The notes beneath the pieces are model-generated. The model did no database searches. It had not been told where the DNA came from and saw only the letters and a program-made list of their open reading frames with translations. DNA of 64,000 nucleotides from Paraspadella gotoi (taxonomy: Eukaryota; Animalia; Chaetognatha), in NCBI GenBank assembly GCA_051294375.1, contig CM119264.1, positions 25,916,450-25,980,449 of the forward strand, written 5' to 3'. The position numbers and the translations under genes were made by a program. Of the stretch, positions 10,813 to 25,439 are shown in pieces. Numbering within the stretch: position 1 is the first letter of the stretch; each line of letters opens with the position of its first letter.

Positions 10813-12534
10813 CTCGTGGTCGCGAGTCTCGGTTTGAAAGGTAGGCAAGATGAGGAGGAGGAGAATGAGGAGGAGGAAGAAGTGAGAGTGGAGGAGTGAG
10901 AGAGGAGGAGAAGGAGGAGGAGAAAAAAGAGGAGTAAACGGAGGAAAAGTTGTGAAGGGGTGGGGGGAAAGGCGGGGTTAAAGAATTGGGAAAGACCCAG
11001 AGTGGGTTTCGCGCGCTCCGCCCGAAACGGCGAAATAGCGAAGAGGGGATGAGATGGGGAGGAACGGGAAAATGATGACGTCACGAGATGAGGGATTGCT
11101 GTCGACGTCGTTGTTGTTGTTGTTGTTGCTAGACTTGTTAATTGTGCGAAATTTGTTCGCCAATCATAATAAGTACGATTCGTTTTTCTTCATATCCAAT
11201 ACCTAACTAAAAGGGTGATTATCACTTCAAGTAATTGAATCGTCGAAAATTTTTTGGCCACTTCCTTGAGGAAAAAAGACTAATAAAATCTGTTTTTAAT
11301 TTATTTCTGGAAAATGTTTAAAAAAAAACGACAAAAAAAAATATTCCGAAGCGCAGGTTTCAGGTTCCTTTTGTTTATTCAATTCTGGCTCGGCGTTGCC
11401 AGGGAGATCCGTTCGTCCGTCTAATTATCCGTAACGAGATCAAAGCCGAACGCCGACGAAATGAGCTCCCTCCCCTTACCCACGACAATCTAAAAAAAAT
11501 CAAATTTAGAAATTCTCCGGTTGTGTTGTAAAAAAAAAAGAGTAAAAATTAAATCGTTCTTTTAATTAAATGCAGTTGGAGATTATTTAATTAGATTTTC
11601 TCGAGGCTAAAGTTACTATTTCGGTAAAGTTGGTAAATTAATTACCAATAATTGATAGAATGTTCTAAATTGATTATGGCTCAGAGCGAAAAAAGTCATC
11701 GATGCAAAACGAAATCGCTTTGAAGTTTGATTAAAGTCCCGCCAATCGATAAGATATCGCGCGCGACCAGCTGGCCAATCAAGACAATTTTGTTTTCAAA
11801 TTATTTGCTGATTAAAATTTTCTTTCTTGAATTTTCATTAAATTTTGGTTGATTTTGATATATGAGATAGCGAACTAACGAACTAAACTAAATAGTATAA
11901 CTAGTATAAACTAACTAGTATAATAATGGTATTTCTACGCCTTTTATGTATGCTATAACAAGCCTTTAAATAGAAAAATTTAATCAAGTAAAAATATCAA
12001 TGTCAGAAATTACAATATTGTGCGTTCATAAGCAAAAATTGATAATTTCAATTATTGGGCAATTGGCAGGCTTGAGGAATTCACAAAAACCCGCCTTTTT
12101 TTTCATTCCCTAAAAGGCCACAATAAAATCGAGGTTATAACAATGAATTGAAAGAAATAAAACCCGAAGGAGAGGAAATAAAAAAAAGGAAATAAATGAA
12201 AACTAAAGGAAAAGAAATAAAAACTGACGAAGGTTCTTAGCGACTCGTCGGCGACGGCCTTCGTCTCTCGCCGTGTGTGTGACTTATCAAAAATAAAAAT
12301 AAAATCGAGGATGGAAAGAAAAAAAAATTCCGGGAATTTATCAGAGCGAATAAAAACGTGAAGATCTTCAATGGAAATGGTCGGCGAGATGAAAGAGCAA
12401 AGAAATGCATGGCTTCGCTCGGACAATCGCTTGGGCAATTCTGTTTTTCTTCTCTTCTTTTATTCTGTTATCGTTGTCGACAAACTCAATACCATTTATC
12501 GTTTTTTTCTCTTTCTCTTTCTCTCTTTTGTTGA

Positions 12535-12602
<68 letters not shown>

Positions 12603-14733
12603 TCTCTCTGTGAATAAGTTTTTATTTTTTTCTGTCAATTTCTTTTTGATGTGGCTCTCTGATCGCTACGATGAAGACAAGCAAGGTCGTATTAAATTTG
12701 GCGCGCAGTTCAATTTTTCTTCTTTTTTTTAAATTCAGTTTTTTTCAACGCCGACGCAATGATGGATATTTGGCAGACGAAGGGTTAAGTTTATCAATTA
12801 ATATAAATATTTATTATATGTAGGTATTTTCTCCATTTTGTTAATTATATCAGAAACATCCTGCAATAGTTGTTAAAATTTTATTTTTTTGGTTTTCTCT
12901 CTTTCTTGGTTGAAAATCTATTTTATCTCGTCAGCGAGGGAAAACATAACAGGCACCCTTAAAAAAAAGAGAAAAGTTAACAGGTTCCCTTAAAATACCG
13001 CGAATCTCAATCATCTCTGCCTGTGAAACACAGTTTGTGAACAAACGTTTATTTCGCTGACTATAGCGAAACAAACAAACCAACTTAAAGTGAGATTAAG
13101 AAATGGGAATACATATTAATGAAAAAATCTCTTTGCCTTTAGTCATCGGACTAGTAGGGGACTAATACGCTTTCTTACGGGGAATTTTGGTTTGCTGGTA
13201 ATTTAAACATTTTGTTTTTGTATTTAGGCCGGTTTCCTGCTGGGAATTTTTTTTGAACAGAACCTAAGATGACGTCAAATACCAGGTAATCTCAAAAATA
13301 ATTTTGGGCTTGGCACTTGGGTGCGAATTAATGAGGTGAAACTACGTTTCTTGCCACTTGGAATTAGAAGTGGAGGGTTATTTTTTAGAGAGTGAAATAA
13401 AGTCTACATAAATGTTTTTATATTATTTTACAAGTATACTGCAGGCAAAAAAAAGTTTTTTTTGAATTTTAAGAAAACATGCATAAAAATTATATATTTT
13501 TTTAAATTTTTGGAGGTTAAGTTGGTATTACTTATTTTTCTGACTGATAGTTTTTTTTATATAATTTCCTTACTTATTTTAATTTGATTTAGCTAAAAAA
13601 TGGTTAATAGTTAACACCTATCCCTATAGATTTTTTATGCTGATTTTATTAATCCAATTTTATATTATAAAAAGGGAAAAAGTATTGACTCTTTTTGACG
13701 AAAATTAATTCTAATTTTTTTATATTTTTGTACCAATCGATTTTGGCATGATTTTATTAGGACTTAGGGCCAATCGCTTCATGTTCAATAAGCTTTATAT
13801 TCTTATATCTTTATAGAATTCAGCCATCCAATACATATTTTTCCATGCGAAAAAGTGGCTACTTTTTTTTTGCGCCTCAGTGAAACTAAACAATCTATTT
13901 TGAACAAAATACAAATCTAGCTTACTTTATTTAGATAATCAATGGGTCATGTTATGTCAATCCAAAACGTGTGTTATTAGAAAAATACTTTCAAGCCTTC
14001 ATTCAGAGGCTAAAGAAATTCTTACTCCAAACTAATAACTTTAATTAAAGTACACACATGAAAAGGTCTGTTTTTCTTTAAAAATGAAAAAAGCAGCCGA
14101 TTGAGGGAGGGACTTAACAGGGTTAAACTTTTCACCTTCTCTTTACTCTCTTCCTTCCCGAGAGGAACAGTGAATTTCCCTTGGTCTCCCTTGTCCCAGA
14201 GTCCGACTGGGCAGGGCTGGCCCCTTCCCAGCCCCGATTCCCGCCCCTTTTCGTAGAGACGGAGTCACGGTCGTCGAAGAGGCGCGGTTTTCGGCTTCGC
14301 TCAAAGACTCCTATTCCCGGCGGACCCTTTGAAGTCGGCCCGCTGGGCGGGGATCACTAAGCGGGCGGCTCCTTTGAGGAGCGGCGAAGATCAAAGGAAC
14401 TCGAAGCCGNNNNNNNNNNNNNNNNNNNNNNNNNCCGCGAGTCGCTTTCACTCTCTCTTTCCGACTCGGACGCAGGGGCAGAGGCCGACGCTGCAGAGCG
14501 TCGGAGGCGACGGCAGGACGAGGTGCAAAAGATAGAAGGGCGAAAAACAACAGGGAGAGAGAGAGAGAGATAGAGAGAGAAAGAAAGAGAGAGAGACAGA
14601 GAGAGAGAGTGAGAAAATGTGAATTGCACAGAAACTCCACAAGAGGCACTCGCTGCTACTTTCGCAATTGTTTCACCCCCCACCTTCATTTTTCTCTAAC
14701 GAACACCCAATATTGTCACTATCTCTCGCTTGC

Positions 14734-14812
<79 letters not shown>

Positions 14813-15386
14813 CTCTTTTTTCCTTTCTCTTTCTCTAATTTTCCTTTCCCCACTCCTTCCCCAATTTCCTCCCCAATTCACTGGGGAAAAGTTCAAAAAG
14901 CGCCGCGATTTTTTTATTACCTGCCGATCGCCTTTTGTCTCTTCTCGCTTGTTCGCCCCCCCTCCCTTTTTTTTCTATTAGACCGCAACGAAAGAGGAAA
15001 AACTTTGAAAGACCGAAAGAATAAAAAAAAGTTCGATTTCCGAAAAAACAAAAGGAAACCGAAAAAACAAAAAATAAAGATAAAAATACCTGCGGTCGCC
15101 AAGTGAAACCAATAAAAATAACCGGAAGTGCCGCGCGCTCCTTTTATTTCTTTTTCTCGTTTCCCTTTTTTTTCTTCTATTTCTCATTTTCCCTTTTCTT
15201 TTATTTTCCTTTTATCTTCTGTCTACAGGTCGGGGGCCATTATCGCGATCAACGCGAGACGCTGGGAGGACGGAAGGCGTTTCCGGGATGCTTATTGTCC
15301 TCTGCCTACCTCCTCTTCCTCCTCCTCCTCCTCCTCTTGTTCTTCTTCTTCCTCCTTCCTCCTTGGTGACGAGGAGCTCTTTTATT

Positions 15387-15438
<52 letters not shown>

Positions 15439-15921
15439 CCCCCAAAACCTCGGGTCCTTTTTACGATCGCGCCGTAAAACTGGGTGGGGACATTGACGAG
15501 GGCGACGTCTGGTGCCGCGGCGGCGATCCGTTTGTGATCGTCGCGCCGACAACGGCGGCGGCGGGCGGCGGCGGGCGATGGTAAAGAGGACGAAATCAGT
15601 TGATTGGATCTCGTTTATTGGCTAAATTGCTTTAGTGGTCCCGGCGGCTGGCGTTTGTCGGGCAGTGGCGGGCAATGTGCGGCGGGCAATGCGCGACGTC
15701 GGAAAAGACGCGTTTTGCGATGGACCGATTTCGTGGGGGAAAGGAGATTTGGGGTAAGGCGGAGAGGTGAGGGTTTTATGAGAGGCGGTGGGTGATTTAA
15801 AGTCGGGGACAACGTCAGATAGACTCCACGCTATTTGTCCTTCATGTTTTTTGGCGATTGTCGTCTGGCGAATTGGTTGCTTTTCTACAATCTCAAATGA
15901 TTCAAATGTGATCTCAAATGT

Positions 15922-16219
15922 CCTAAATCAGGGGCAAGATAGCTTTTTTATTAAATGGATGGATAATTTTTATATTGGTTGTACCAATTTCATAAAATTC
16001 AGCTCCTTGTATTTTGATGCGAGTGCGGAGTACAATAAGTATCCCCGATCTAATACTTAAGGGAGTGGTCTTTTCGTACACTTCATTGATAGGGAAGCCA
16101 CGTACTCTGGGAGTGAATAAACGAGACTGTGAGAGAGTCTTGATTGAAAGTTTGCAGGGACCTGCTATGTCATAATCTTGTAAGAGTGATGGAGGCCTTA
16201 AACCACAAAGTCTGTCCTA
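15922..16219 (+). mobile_element. ~300-bp dispersed repeat family, copy interrupted by an insertion (continues 17776-17845)
   Basis: The block TCAGGGGCAAGATAGC...TTGGTTGTACCAATTTCAT recurs at 17779, ~20374, ~28768, ~40398 and in reverse at 42641-42932; most copies also share the adjacent ...TTAAACCACCAAAGTCTGTCC segment. Confidence 0.8.
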
Positions 16220-17773
16220 CATTAGGGGTGAGTTAAAAATTTAGAATGATACATGCTCAAACGAAAATTTATACATTTTGAAGTATACTTTCAATGGACA
16301 AAACATTTCTTATGTGGCTCTATACCCAAAAAATTAATTTTTTAATATTTATTTATAGATGGGAAAGGCCAAATTTTTTTTGATGATTTTTAAATTTTAA
16401 GACCAGATTCAGATAGCTCATAAAAAGTTGTCTACACAAAGTATAATTCTTTTTAAATATTTTCATGATAAGTGAGTCAAAAATAAGAAAAACCGTAAAA
16501 AATCATCAATCATCATCTTTCGATGATTTTATCAGTTTTTTTATATTTTCACATAGAAAACGTAAGAATTTTTAAAGCTGTAATTAAATTTCTTGTTTAA
16601 CTTTTAAGCTCTATCAGAATCCATCAAAAAATTTTAAGATTTCAAAAAATTCTTTTTATAATGTAAAAAAGGCAAGTAATATTTAATGTATTAATCAAGA
16701 CGTATAATGTAATTTTTTTTTTAATGATTGCTTAAATATTTAGTCAAGACAAACTAAAAATACTTTGCTAATAGTCGAAATTTTATATTATCTCTGGAGT
16801 TGGTTTCCTACCGACATGGAGACAATTTTACAAGCGCCGGTAGAAAAACGCTGTCATTTGCAAACCATGAAGATTTTTTCAATGTTAAATATGAATTTAA
16901 AAGTAAAAACCCAAACTATTTATATATGCAATTTTATCAGAAGCGACTTTGATATGTCTCAGCAATGAGAGCAGGAAGATGGATTTGAAAATCATCTTTA
17001 ATTTTTAAACTCACTTTTTTTAGATTTAATTTTTTTCTCTTACTTTCAGTAAGTTTTCTGAAGAAATTTGAAATAAAATAATATTAATATTATTATTTTC
17101 TGAAAGCCCTTTCAAATCTAAATAGAATGAGTACTTAAGAATACTGTTGTATACAATTTAACTGGCCCAGCTTTAATTTATTTAGGATACTCAAAACGAG
17201 ACATCTTTTAAAAATCAATAGCTGGATGATAGAAATTTATGATTTTTATCAAATTGTGCATTGGCTATCTTAAATCCTTTTTTCTCAGGCTCTTTCATGA
17301 TACTTATATAAATAATAATATTTTAGGTTATAATAATTTAAACAGGTCATATATTTAGAAAAAAGATTTAAATTTTTAAATATTTCACTTTTGACACTCT
17401 TAATTGAACCAAGGCTGGGCAGCTTACTTTTTATGTTAGAGCTTTTGTAAGTATATCATTCCTCTTTATATTTTTAAGGGCTTTCTAAGGATATTAATAT
17501 TGTTAATTCTTTAATAAACACTTTTTTAAAAAGTGCTAAAAGTTCAAAAAAAAAAAAAAAAGAATTTAAAAACAGTGTTGGAAAATGAAACCCGATTTGA
17601 AAAGCCAACTTTCTCTACTCATTGTCAAGGCGTATCTTAACTGATCAATATAAAATTTTAACACATAAATGGTTTTAGTATTTTTTACTCAATTAATTTT
17701 TAAATCAATGAAATAACCACTGGTTTGCAAATGACAGCGTATTTCTACCGGCACTTGTAAAATTGTCACCATG
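16220..17773. mobile_element. 1.55-kb non-coding insertion flanked by a TA duplication, containing a MITE-like unit with ~55-bp inverted repeats (16814-17774)
   Basis: GTCC-TA|insert|TA-AGTCAGGGG restores the uninterrupted repeat (GTCCTAAATCAGGGG at ~15920). ACATGGAGACAATTTTACAAGCGCCGGTAGAAAAACGCTGTCATTTGCAAACCA (16814-16868) is the imperfect reverse complement of 17721-17774. Confidence 0.75.
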
Positions 17774-18908
17774 TAAGTCAGGGGCAAGATAGCTTATTTA
17801 TTAAATGAATGGGATAATTTTTATATTGGTTGTACCAATTTCATGAAGATATCTCTAAACGAAAAACCACTGAGTTCCACAAAATTCTTTGGTACACAAT
17901 ATTTCAGGCTCCAATTTTCAGACCTTTTTTTTCATTTTTGGTTCTGAACTCTAGAGAAGTTGAAAAAACAATTCGAAAAATAGATGGAGCTTGTAACGGT
18001 AACAGCGAGGGATTAATGACAATTTATTCTTTTGGATGGATTGTTTAATTTGCTATTAAAACCGAAAACACCGGGCGATGATAATTTTAGAGTCTAATAA
18101 ACCTGACAAAACATCGGTGTCAAATTAAAAAAAAAAAAAAAAACAGACATTAACTTTGGTGGTACTTCAGTTGTCGCGCAGACTTGCGCAGCTGGCGTTG
18201 TTCCTCGTCAACGATATCACTATTACATCAGTTTTTTTTTTTAGTTTTTTTTTTTTTTTTTTTTAATTGCTTCAAACGGTTTATTCTATTTCATATTTTT
18301 GTATTATGTATTATTCTAAGAATAGTTTCATTTTTTGCATCTACATACAATTATCACCAATTGTATTTCAAAATCAGCGGCATAAAAATCTTCGGAAATT
18401 TCAGATTACCCTACGAACTCCAAATTTCCAAATTATTCTCTTAACTCACTTTCAACCGCTCTCATTTTTCTCATCCATTCTCTTCTATCCCCAATTTTCT
18501 CATCTACTTAATTTCTCATTCCTCTCATTTTTCCCCTCATTTTTCGCCTCACTTTATAGTTTATACTCAGTTTATCATTAAATAAATGAAGTATGATTAG
18601 AAACTTCTTAGGTTTATTGTTTTCAAAAAAGTCAAAATCGAACTGACACACGAACAACCATTCCCCCCCCTTCAACTCTTCTCGCTGTCCTCGAAACCCT
18701 CGCGTCTTCATCTGGTCCGTTTAGAGTCAGTTGTTTTCGCTTTTGTTTTTCTGAGAAAAAAAAACAACACAAAAAACGAAAACGGATCCAGATATCGCGA
18801 AACGTTATGGTCAATCCAACTGTTTTTCCTCTCAGACGCTTCAACTACGAAAATGACCAAAAAGACGACATCTCTCTCTTTCTTCGTGCCTGCTTCTGTT
18901 TTTTTCGC

Positions 18909-19224
18909 CCTTTGAGGAGCGGCGAAGATCAAAGGAACTCGAAGCCGCTTTCACTCTCTCTTTCCGACTCGGACGCAGGGGCACAGGCCGACGCTGCAGA
19001 GCGTCGGAGGCGACGGCAGGACGAGGTGCAAAAAGATAGAAGGGCGAAAAACAACAGGGAGAGAGAGAGAGATAGAGAGAGAAAGACAGAGAGAGAGAGA
19101 GTGAGAAAATGTGAATTGCACAGAAACTCCACAAGAGGCCCTCGCTGCTACTTTCGCAATTGTTTCACCCCCACCTTCATTTTTCTCTAACGAACACCCA
19201 ATATTGTCACTATCTCTCGCTTGC

Positions 19225-19260
<36 letters not shown>

Positions 19261-19837
19261 CTCTTTTTTCCTTTCTCTTTCTCTAATTTTCCTTTCCCCA
19301 CTCCTTCCCCCATTTCCTCCCCAATTCACTGGGGGAAAAGTTCAAAAAGCGCCGCGATTTTTTTATTACCTGCCGATCGCCTTTTGTCTCTTCTCGCTTG
19401 TTCGCCCCCCCTCCCTTTTTTTCTATTAGACCGCAACGAAAGAGGAAAAACTTTGAAACGACCGAAAGAATAAAAAAAAAGTTCGATTTCCGAAAAACAA
19501 AAGGAAACCGAAAAAACAAAAAATAAAGATAAAAATACCTGGCGGTCGCCAAGTGAAACCAATAAAAATAACCGGAAGTGCCGCGCGCTCCTTTTATTTC
19601 TTTTTCTCGTTTCCCTTTTTTTTCCTTCTATTTCTCATTTTCCCTTTTCTTTTATTTTCCTTTTATCTTCTGTCTACAGGTCGGGGGCCATTATCGCGAT
19701 CAACGCGAGACGCTGGGGAGGACGGAAGGCGTTTCCGGGATGCTTATTGTCCTCTGCCTACCTCCTCTTCCTCCTCCTCCTCCTCCTCTTGTTCTTCTTC
19801 TTCCTCCTTCCTCCTTGGTGACGAGGAGCTCTTTTAT

Positions 19838-19881
<44 letters not shown>

Positions 19882-22800
19882 CCCCCAAAACCTCGGGTCC
19901 TTTTTACGATCGCGCCGTAAAACTGGGTGGGGACATTGACGAGGGCGACGTCTGGTGCCGCGGCGGCGATCCGTTTGTGATCGTCGCGCCGACAACGGCG
20001 GCGGCGGGCGGCGGCGGGCGATGGTAAAGAGGACGAAATCAGTTGATTGGATCTCGTTTATTGGCTAAATTGCTTTAGTGGTCCCCGGCGGCTGGCGTTT
20101 GTCGGGCAGTGGCGGGCAATGTGCGGCGGGCAATGCGCGACGTCGGGAAAAGACGCGTTTTGCGATGGACCGATTTCGTGGGGGAAAGGAGATTTGGGGT
20201 AAGGCGGAGAGGTGAGGGTTTTATGAGAGGCGGGTGGGTGATTTAAAGTCGGGGACAACGTCAGATAGACTCCACGCTATTTGTCCTTCATGTTTTTTGG
20301 CGATTGTCGTCTGGCGAATTGGTTGCTTTTCTACAATCTCAAATGATTCAAATGTGATCTCAAATGTCCTAAATCAGGGGCAAGATAGCTTTTTTTATTA
20401 AATGGATGGATAATTTTTATATTGGTTGTACCAATTTCATAAAATTCAGCTCCTTGTATTTTGATGCGAGTGCGGAGTACAATAAGTATCCCCGATCTAA
20501 TACTTAAGGGAGTGGTCTTTTCGTACACTTCATTGATAGGGAAGCCACGTACTCTGGGAGTGAATAAACGAGACTGTGAGAGAGTCTTGATTGAAAGTTT
20601 GCAGGGACCTGCTATGTCATAATCTTGTAAGAGTGATGGAGGCCTTAAACCACCAAAGTCTGTCCTACATTAGGGGTGAGTTAAAAATTTAGAATGATTA
20701 CATGCTCAAACGAAAATTTATACATTTTGAAGTATACTTTCAATGGACAAAACATTTCTTATGTGGCTCTATACCCAAAAAATTAATTTTTTAATATTTA
20801 TTTATAGATGGGAAAGGCCAAAATTTTTTTTGATGATTTTTAAATTTTAAGACCAGATTCAGATAGCTCATAAAAAGTTGTCTACACAAAGTATAATTCT
20901 TTTTTAAATATTTTCATGATAAGTGAGTCAAAAATAAGAAAAACCGTAAAAAATCATCATCATCATCATCTTTCGATGATTTTATCAGTTTTTTTATATT
21001 TTCACATAGAAAACGTAAGAATTTTTAAAAGCTGTAATTAAATTTCTTGTTTAACTTTTAAGCTCTATCAGAATCCATCAAAAAATTTTAAGATTTCAAA
21101 AAATTCTTTTTATAATGTAAAAAAAGGCAAGTAATATTTAATGTATTAATCAAGACGTATAATGTAATTTTTTTTTAATGATTGCTTAAATATTTAGTCA
21201 AGAAACTAAAAATACTTTGCTAATAGTCGAAATTTTATATTATCTCTGGAGTTGGTTCCTACCGACATGGAGACAATTTTACAAGCGCCGGTAGAAAAAC
21301 GCTGTCATTTGCAAACCCATGAAGATTTTTTCAATGTTAAATATGAATTTAAAAGTAAAAACCCAAACTATTTATATATGCAAATTTTATCAGAACGACT
21401 TTGATATGTCTCAGCAATGAGAGCAGGAAGATGGATTTGAAAATCATCTTTAATTTTTAAACTCACTTTTTTTAGATTTAATTTTTTTCTCTTACTTTCA
21501 GTAAGTTTTCTGAAGAAATTTGAAATAAAATAATATTAATATTATTATTTTCTGAAAGCCCTTTCAAATCTAAATAGAATGACGTACTTAAGAATACTGT
21601 TGTATACAATTTAACTGGCCCAGCTTTAATTTATTTAGGATACTCAAAAACGAGACATCTTTTTAAAAATCAATAGCTGGATAGTAAATTTATGATTTTT
21701 ATCAAATTGTGATTGGCTATCTTAAATCCTTTTTTCTCAGGCTCTTTCATGATACTTATATAAATAATAATATTTTAGGTTATAATAATTTAAACAGGTC
21801 ATATATTTAGAAAAAAGATTTAAATTTTTAAATATTTCACTTTTGACACTCTTAATTGAACCAAGGCTGGGCAGCTTACTTTTTATGTTAGAGCTTTTGT
21901 AAGTATATCATTCTCTTTATATTTTTAAGGGCTTTCTAAGGATATTAATATTGTTAATTCTTTAATAAACACTTTGTTTAAAAAAGTGCTAAAAGTTCAA
22001 AAANNNNNNNNNNATTCTTTGGTACACAATATTTCAGGCTCCCAATTTTCAGACCTTTTTTTTCATTTTTGGTTCTGAACTCTAGAGAAGTTGAAAAAAC
22101 AATTCGAAAAATAGATGGAGCTTGTAAACGGTAACAGCGAGGGATTAATGACAATTTATTCTTTTGGATGGATTGTTTAATTTGCTATTAAAACCGAAAA
22201 CACCGGGCGATGACAATTTTAGAGTCTAATAAACCTGACAAAAACATCGGCGTCAAATTAAAAAAAAAACAAAAAACAGACATTAACTTTGGTGGTACTT
22301 CAGTTGTCGCGCAGACTTGCGCAGCTGGCGTTGTTCCTCGTCAACGATATCACTATTACATCAGTTTTTTTTTTTAGTTTTTTTTTTTTTTTTTTTAATT
22401 GCTTCAAACGGTTTATTCTATTTCATATTTTTGTATTATGTATTATTCTAAGAATAGTTTCATTTTTTGCATCTACATACAATTATCACAATTGTATTCA
22501 AAATCAGCGGCATAAAAATCTTCGGAAATTTCAGATTACCCTACGAACTCCAAATTTCCAAATTATTCTCTTAACTCACTTTCAACCGCTCTCATTTTTC
22601 TCATCCATTCTCTTCTATCCCCAATTTTCTCATCTACTTAATTTCTCATTCCTCTCATTTTTCCCCTCATTTTTCGCCTCACTTTATAGTTTATACTCAG
22701 TTTATCATTAAATAAATGAAGTATGATTAGAAACTTCTTAGGTTTATTGTTTTCAAAAAAGTCAAAATCGAACTGACACACGATACAACCATTCCCCCCC

Positions 22801-23001
22801 CCTTCAACTCTTCTCGCTGTCCTCGAAACCCTCGCGTCTTCATCTGGTCCGTTTAGAGTCAGTTGTTTTCGCTTTTGTTTCTTCTGAGAAAAAAAAACAA
22901 CACAAAAAACGAAAACGGATCCAGATATCGCGAAACGTTATGGTCAATCCAACTGTTTTCCTCTCAGACGCTTCAACTACGAAAATGACCAAAAAGACGA
23001 C
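18909..23001 (+). repeat. copy 2 of the ~4.5-kb tandem duplication (probable haplotype/assembly artefact)
   Basis: Near-identical to 14371-18869; a gap at 22004-22013 replaces ~330 bp present in copy 1. Confidence 0.92.
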
Positions 23002-25180
23002 GACGATCACGTGAACGACTATCACGTGAACGACCTCACTCTCGCTCTGCAGGTGAATCCAACGAAACGAGGGGATTTAAATCCCGAGTCCCCGAAGAGA
23101 AAGAGAAAACACAAAAGAAACAAAAGAAACAGACGTCAGGTGCCACGAGGAAAAAAAAATCCGTCGGTCGATCGATTCGATTTAGCGAAGATGAACAAAA
23201 CGTAGAATCCGTCTTTTAGTTTTAGAACAACGACGCGAACGAAGGCGGAGACGAACGACCGGGCGAATCCGATTGGGCAGTAGTTGTTGTCGTTGTAGTT
23301 AGCGTGGCATTGTTTCTTGTCGACGCGTGGATTGCTGGGTGGCGTCGTCATAGTCTTTGGCGTCGTCATAGTCTTTGGCGTCGCCTTTAAGGTAGTTCGC
23401 GAGAACGACCTATTAACAATTCGTCAAAGTGGCTGAAAATTTTAGACGTTTGGAGTTAAGCATGGTTTCAACAAGCTGCCGTATTTAACTAATTTTCCTG
23501 AGTTAAACTTCAAAATTGTAAAAGAAGAATGCAAAATATTCTTTTATGTATCAATATTTTCTTTTTGTCGTTTCACACCATTTATAGTTATATTTATATT
23601 TTTTTATTTTTTTTATTTTTATATTTATATTTTCTGTCTCATTACTTTAAGTTAATGCAAATACAAAGGCATTTTCCACTCAGCGCCATGTCGCGGGGCA
23701 AAAAAATGCCATGTCAAGTCACATTCAACGCCATCTCAAATCCCTGACATTGCCACCTCAAATCACATTCAGCGCCACAACCAATCTTTGATAATCTCGT
23801 GTCAAGTTCCACCCGACGCCGCATTTCCTTTCCATTTCCTTTTTCCCTTTCGCTTTTCGCTAATTCCGCGGAAGTCCGGATGAAGATTCTAAAACTAGAC
23901 CCAAGGTTCAGATGTCGCTCCGCCTTTTCCCTCTTAACCTAATTCCAGTTTTGCGTTTTATAAGTGTTTGTTTTGTTTACGTCGTCGTAGTTATCGTCGT
24001 CGTCGTCGTCAACGTCGTTTGCGTGTATCAACATTCCAACCTTCGCCGTGGATAATCGGATTAACGGTCAAGGAAGTTTTTTTTTTAAGTTGACGTTTGA
24101 CCCCGAGATTTCTCTCTCTGTCTTTTGTGCCTCTCTCTCTCTCTCTCTCTCCCTCCCTTTCACTCACAGTTTCTCAAAAATAATAATGCAAATCCCCCAG
24201 GTTTAATCCTGGATTGGCCGAAATCCTCGGCCCATAGAATTATACTGACTCCACCGTCTTACGGTGATTTTGACATGTGATGAGTCTCTGTCTCTGTCTC
24301 TCTCTCTCTCTTAGATTCACCACTTCCGCTCAACCCCCTCACCTCATCAACTCATCCTCCTGCTCTTCTTCCTTACCCCCCCTTTCTCTCACTCTCTCTC
24401 TCTCTTCTCTCCCCCTTTCCGTCTCTCTGTCTCTGTCTCAGTCAGATGCGCATCCGTTTCTGGATTTTCGATCGACATCAATCGATGAATTTGATCGCGG
24501 TCAACTTGCTGAGGGGAAGGGGGGGGGATTAAGGTCGGAGAATGAGAAAGGGGCCCAGGCGGGGGCCGAGAAAGATAAAGAGGCAGCCGAAAGGGCAGCG
24601 AGGAATGAGAGAGAGAGAGAGACCGACCCTCCCTCTTTCCGTCGCGAATCCCTTCCGATCCGGGGGGCGGTAGTCGTTATCTCCTGTCGACTCCGTTCTG
24701 CTCACACATCCCAGAACGGACGCTTTTTGTAACAAGAATGTTTGTCGTTCTGTGTTAAAAAGTGGGCGAAGATGGACTTTATGCCAAAGCTCGTGAAAAG
24801 GGAGAAAGGCGAAGAGGAAAAGACGAAGGGCGAACGAAGAACGAAAGAGTAACAATATTTCGATGACAAAAATATTGAAACGACAATGACAAAAGTTTAA
24901 TGAATGACTTAGGAATTCTGAAATTTAATTTAATTTAATTTAAAAAAATAAAAAAAACTAATTATGAAAACGAAAAAATATATGATTAAAATACAAAATG
25001 TTAAAGGTAACTATTGTATACAGAAGTCATTAATAAAATACCTGACATGCATAGTAGATATGAATGTCGAGAAACGATAAACAACGGCGAAAAATAAAGA
25101 ACAACAACTAAATTCGGCGAAATAAAGATCAAAGTTCTCAGAGGTTCGATTGTATTCGCTTTTGATGCGCCGACGATGAC

Positions 25181-25300
<120 letters not shown>

Positions 25301-25439
25301 CAAAGGGGGAGCCACTGAAGGGGGGCGAGATTAAAAAACAAAGACATAAAGAGATTTGCCGCCCCCTCCCCCTTTCCCCGAGTTTTTCTATTGTTGCCAA
25401 CGTAGGGCGGAGAACTTGGTGAGAAGGACGAAATATGAT

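Larger units (their letters stand above)
14371..18869 (+). repeat. copy 1 of a ~4.5-kb tandem segmental duplication
   Basis: Colinear with 18909-23001, from CCTTTGAGGAGCGGCGAAGATCAAAGG to GACCAAAAAGACGAC; differences are mostly 1-nt indels. Confidence 0.92.

Noticed and set aside
10719-11084. 121-aa minus-strand ORF with poly-Ser/Ala
   Set aside because: Arises from GGA/GCG simple repeats; better explained as a regulatory island.
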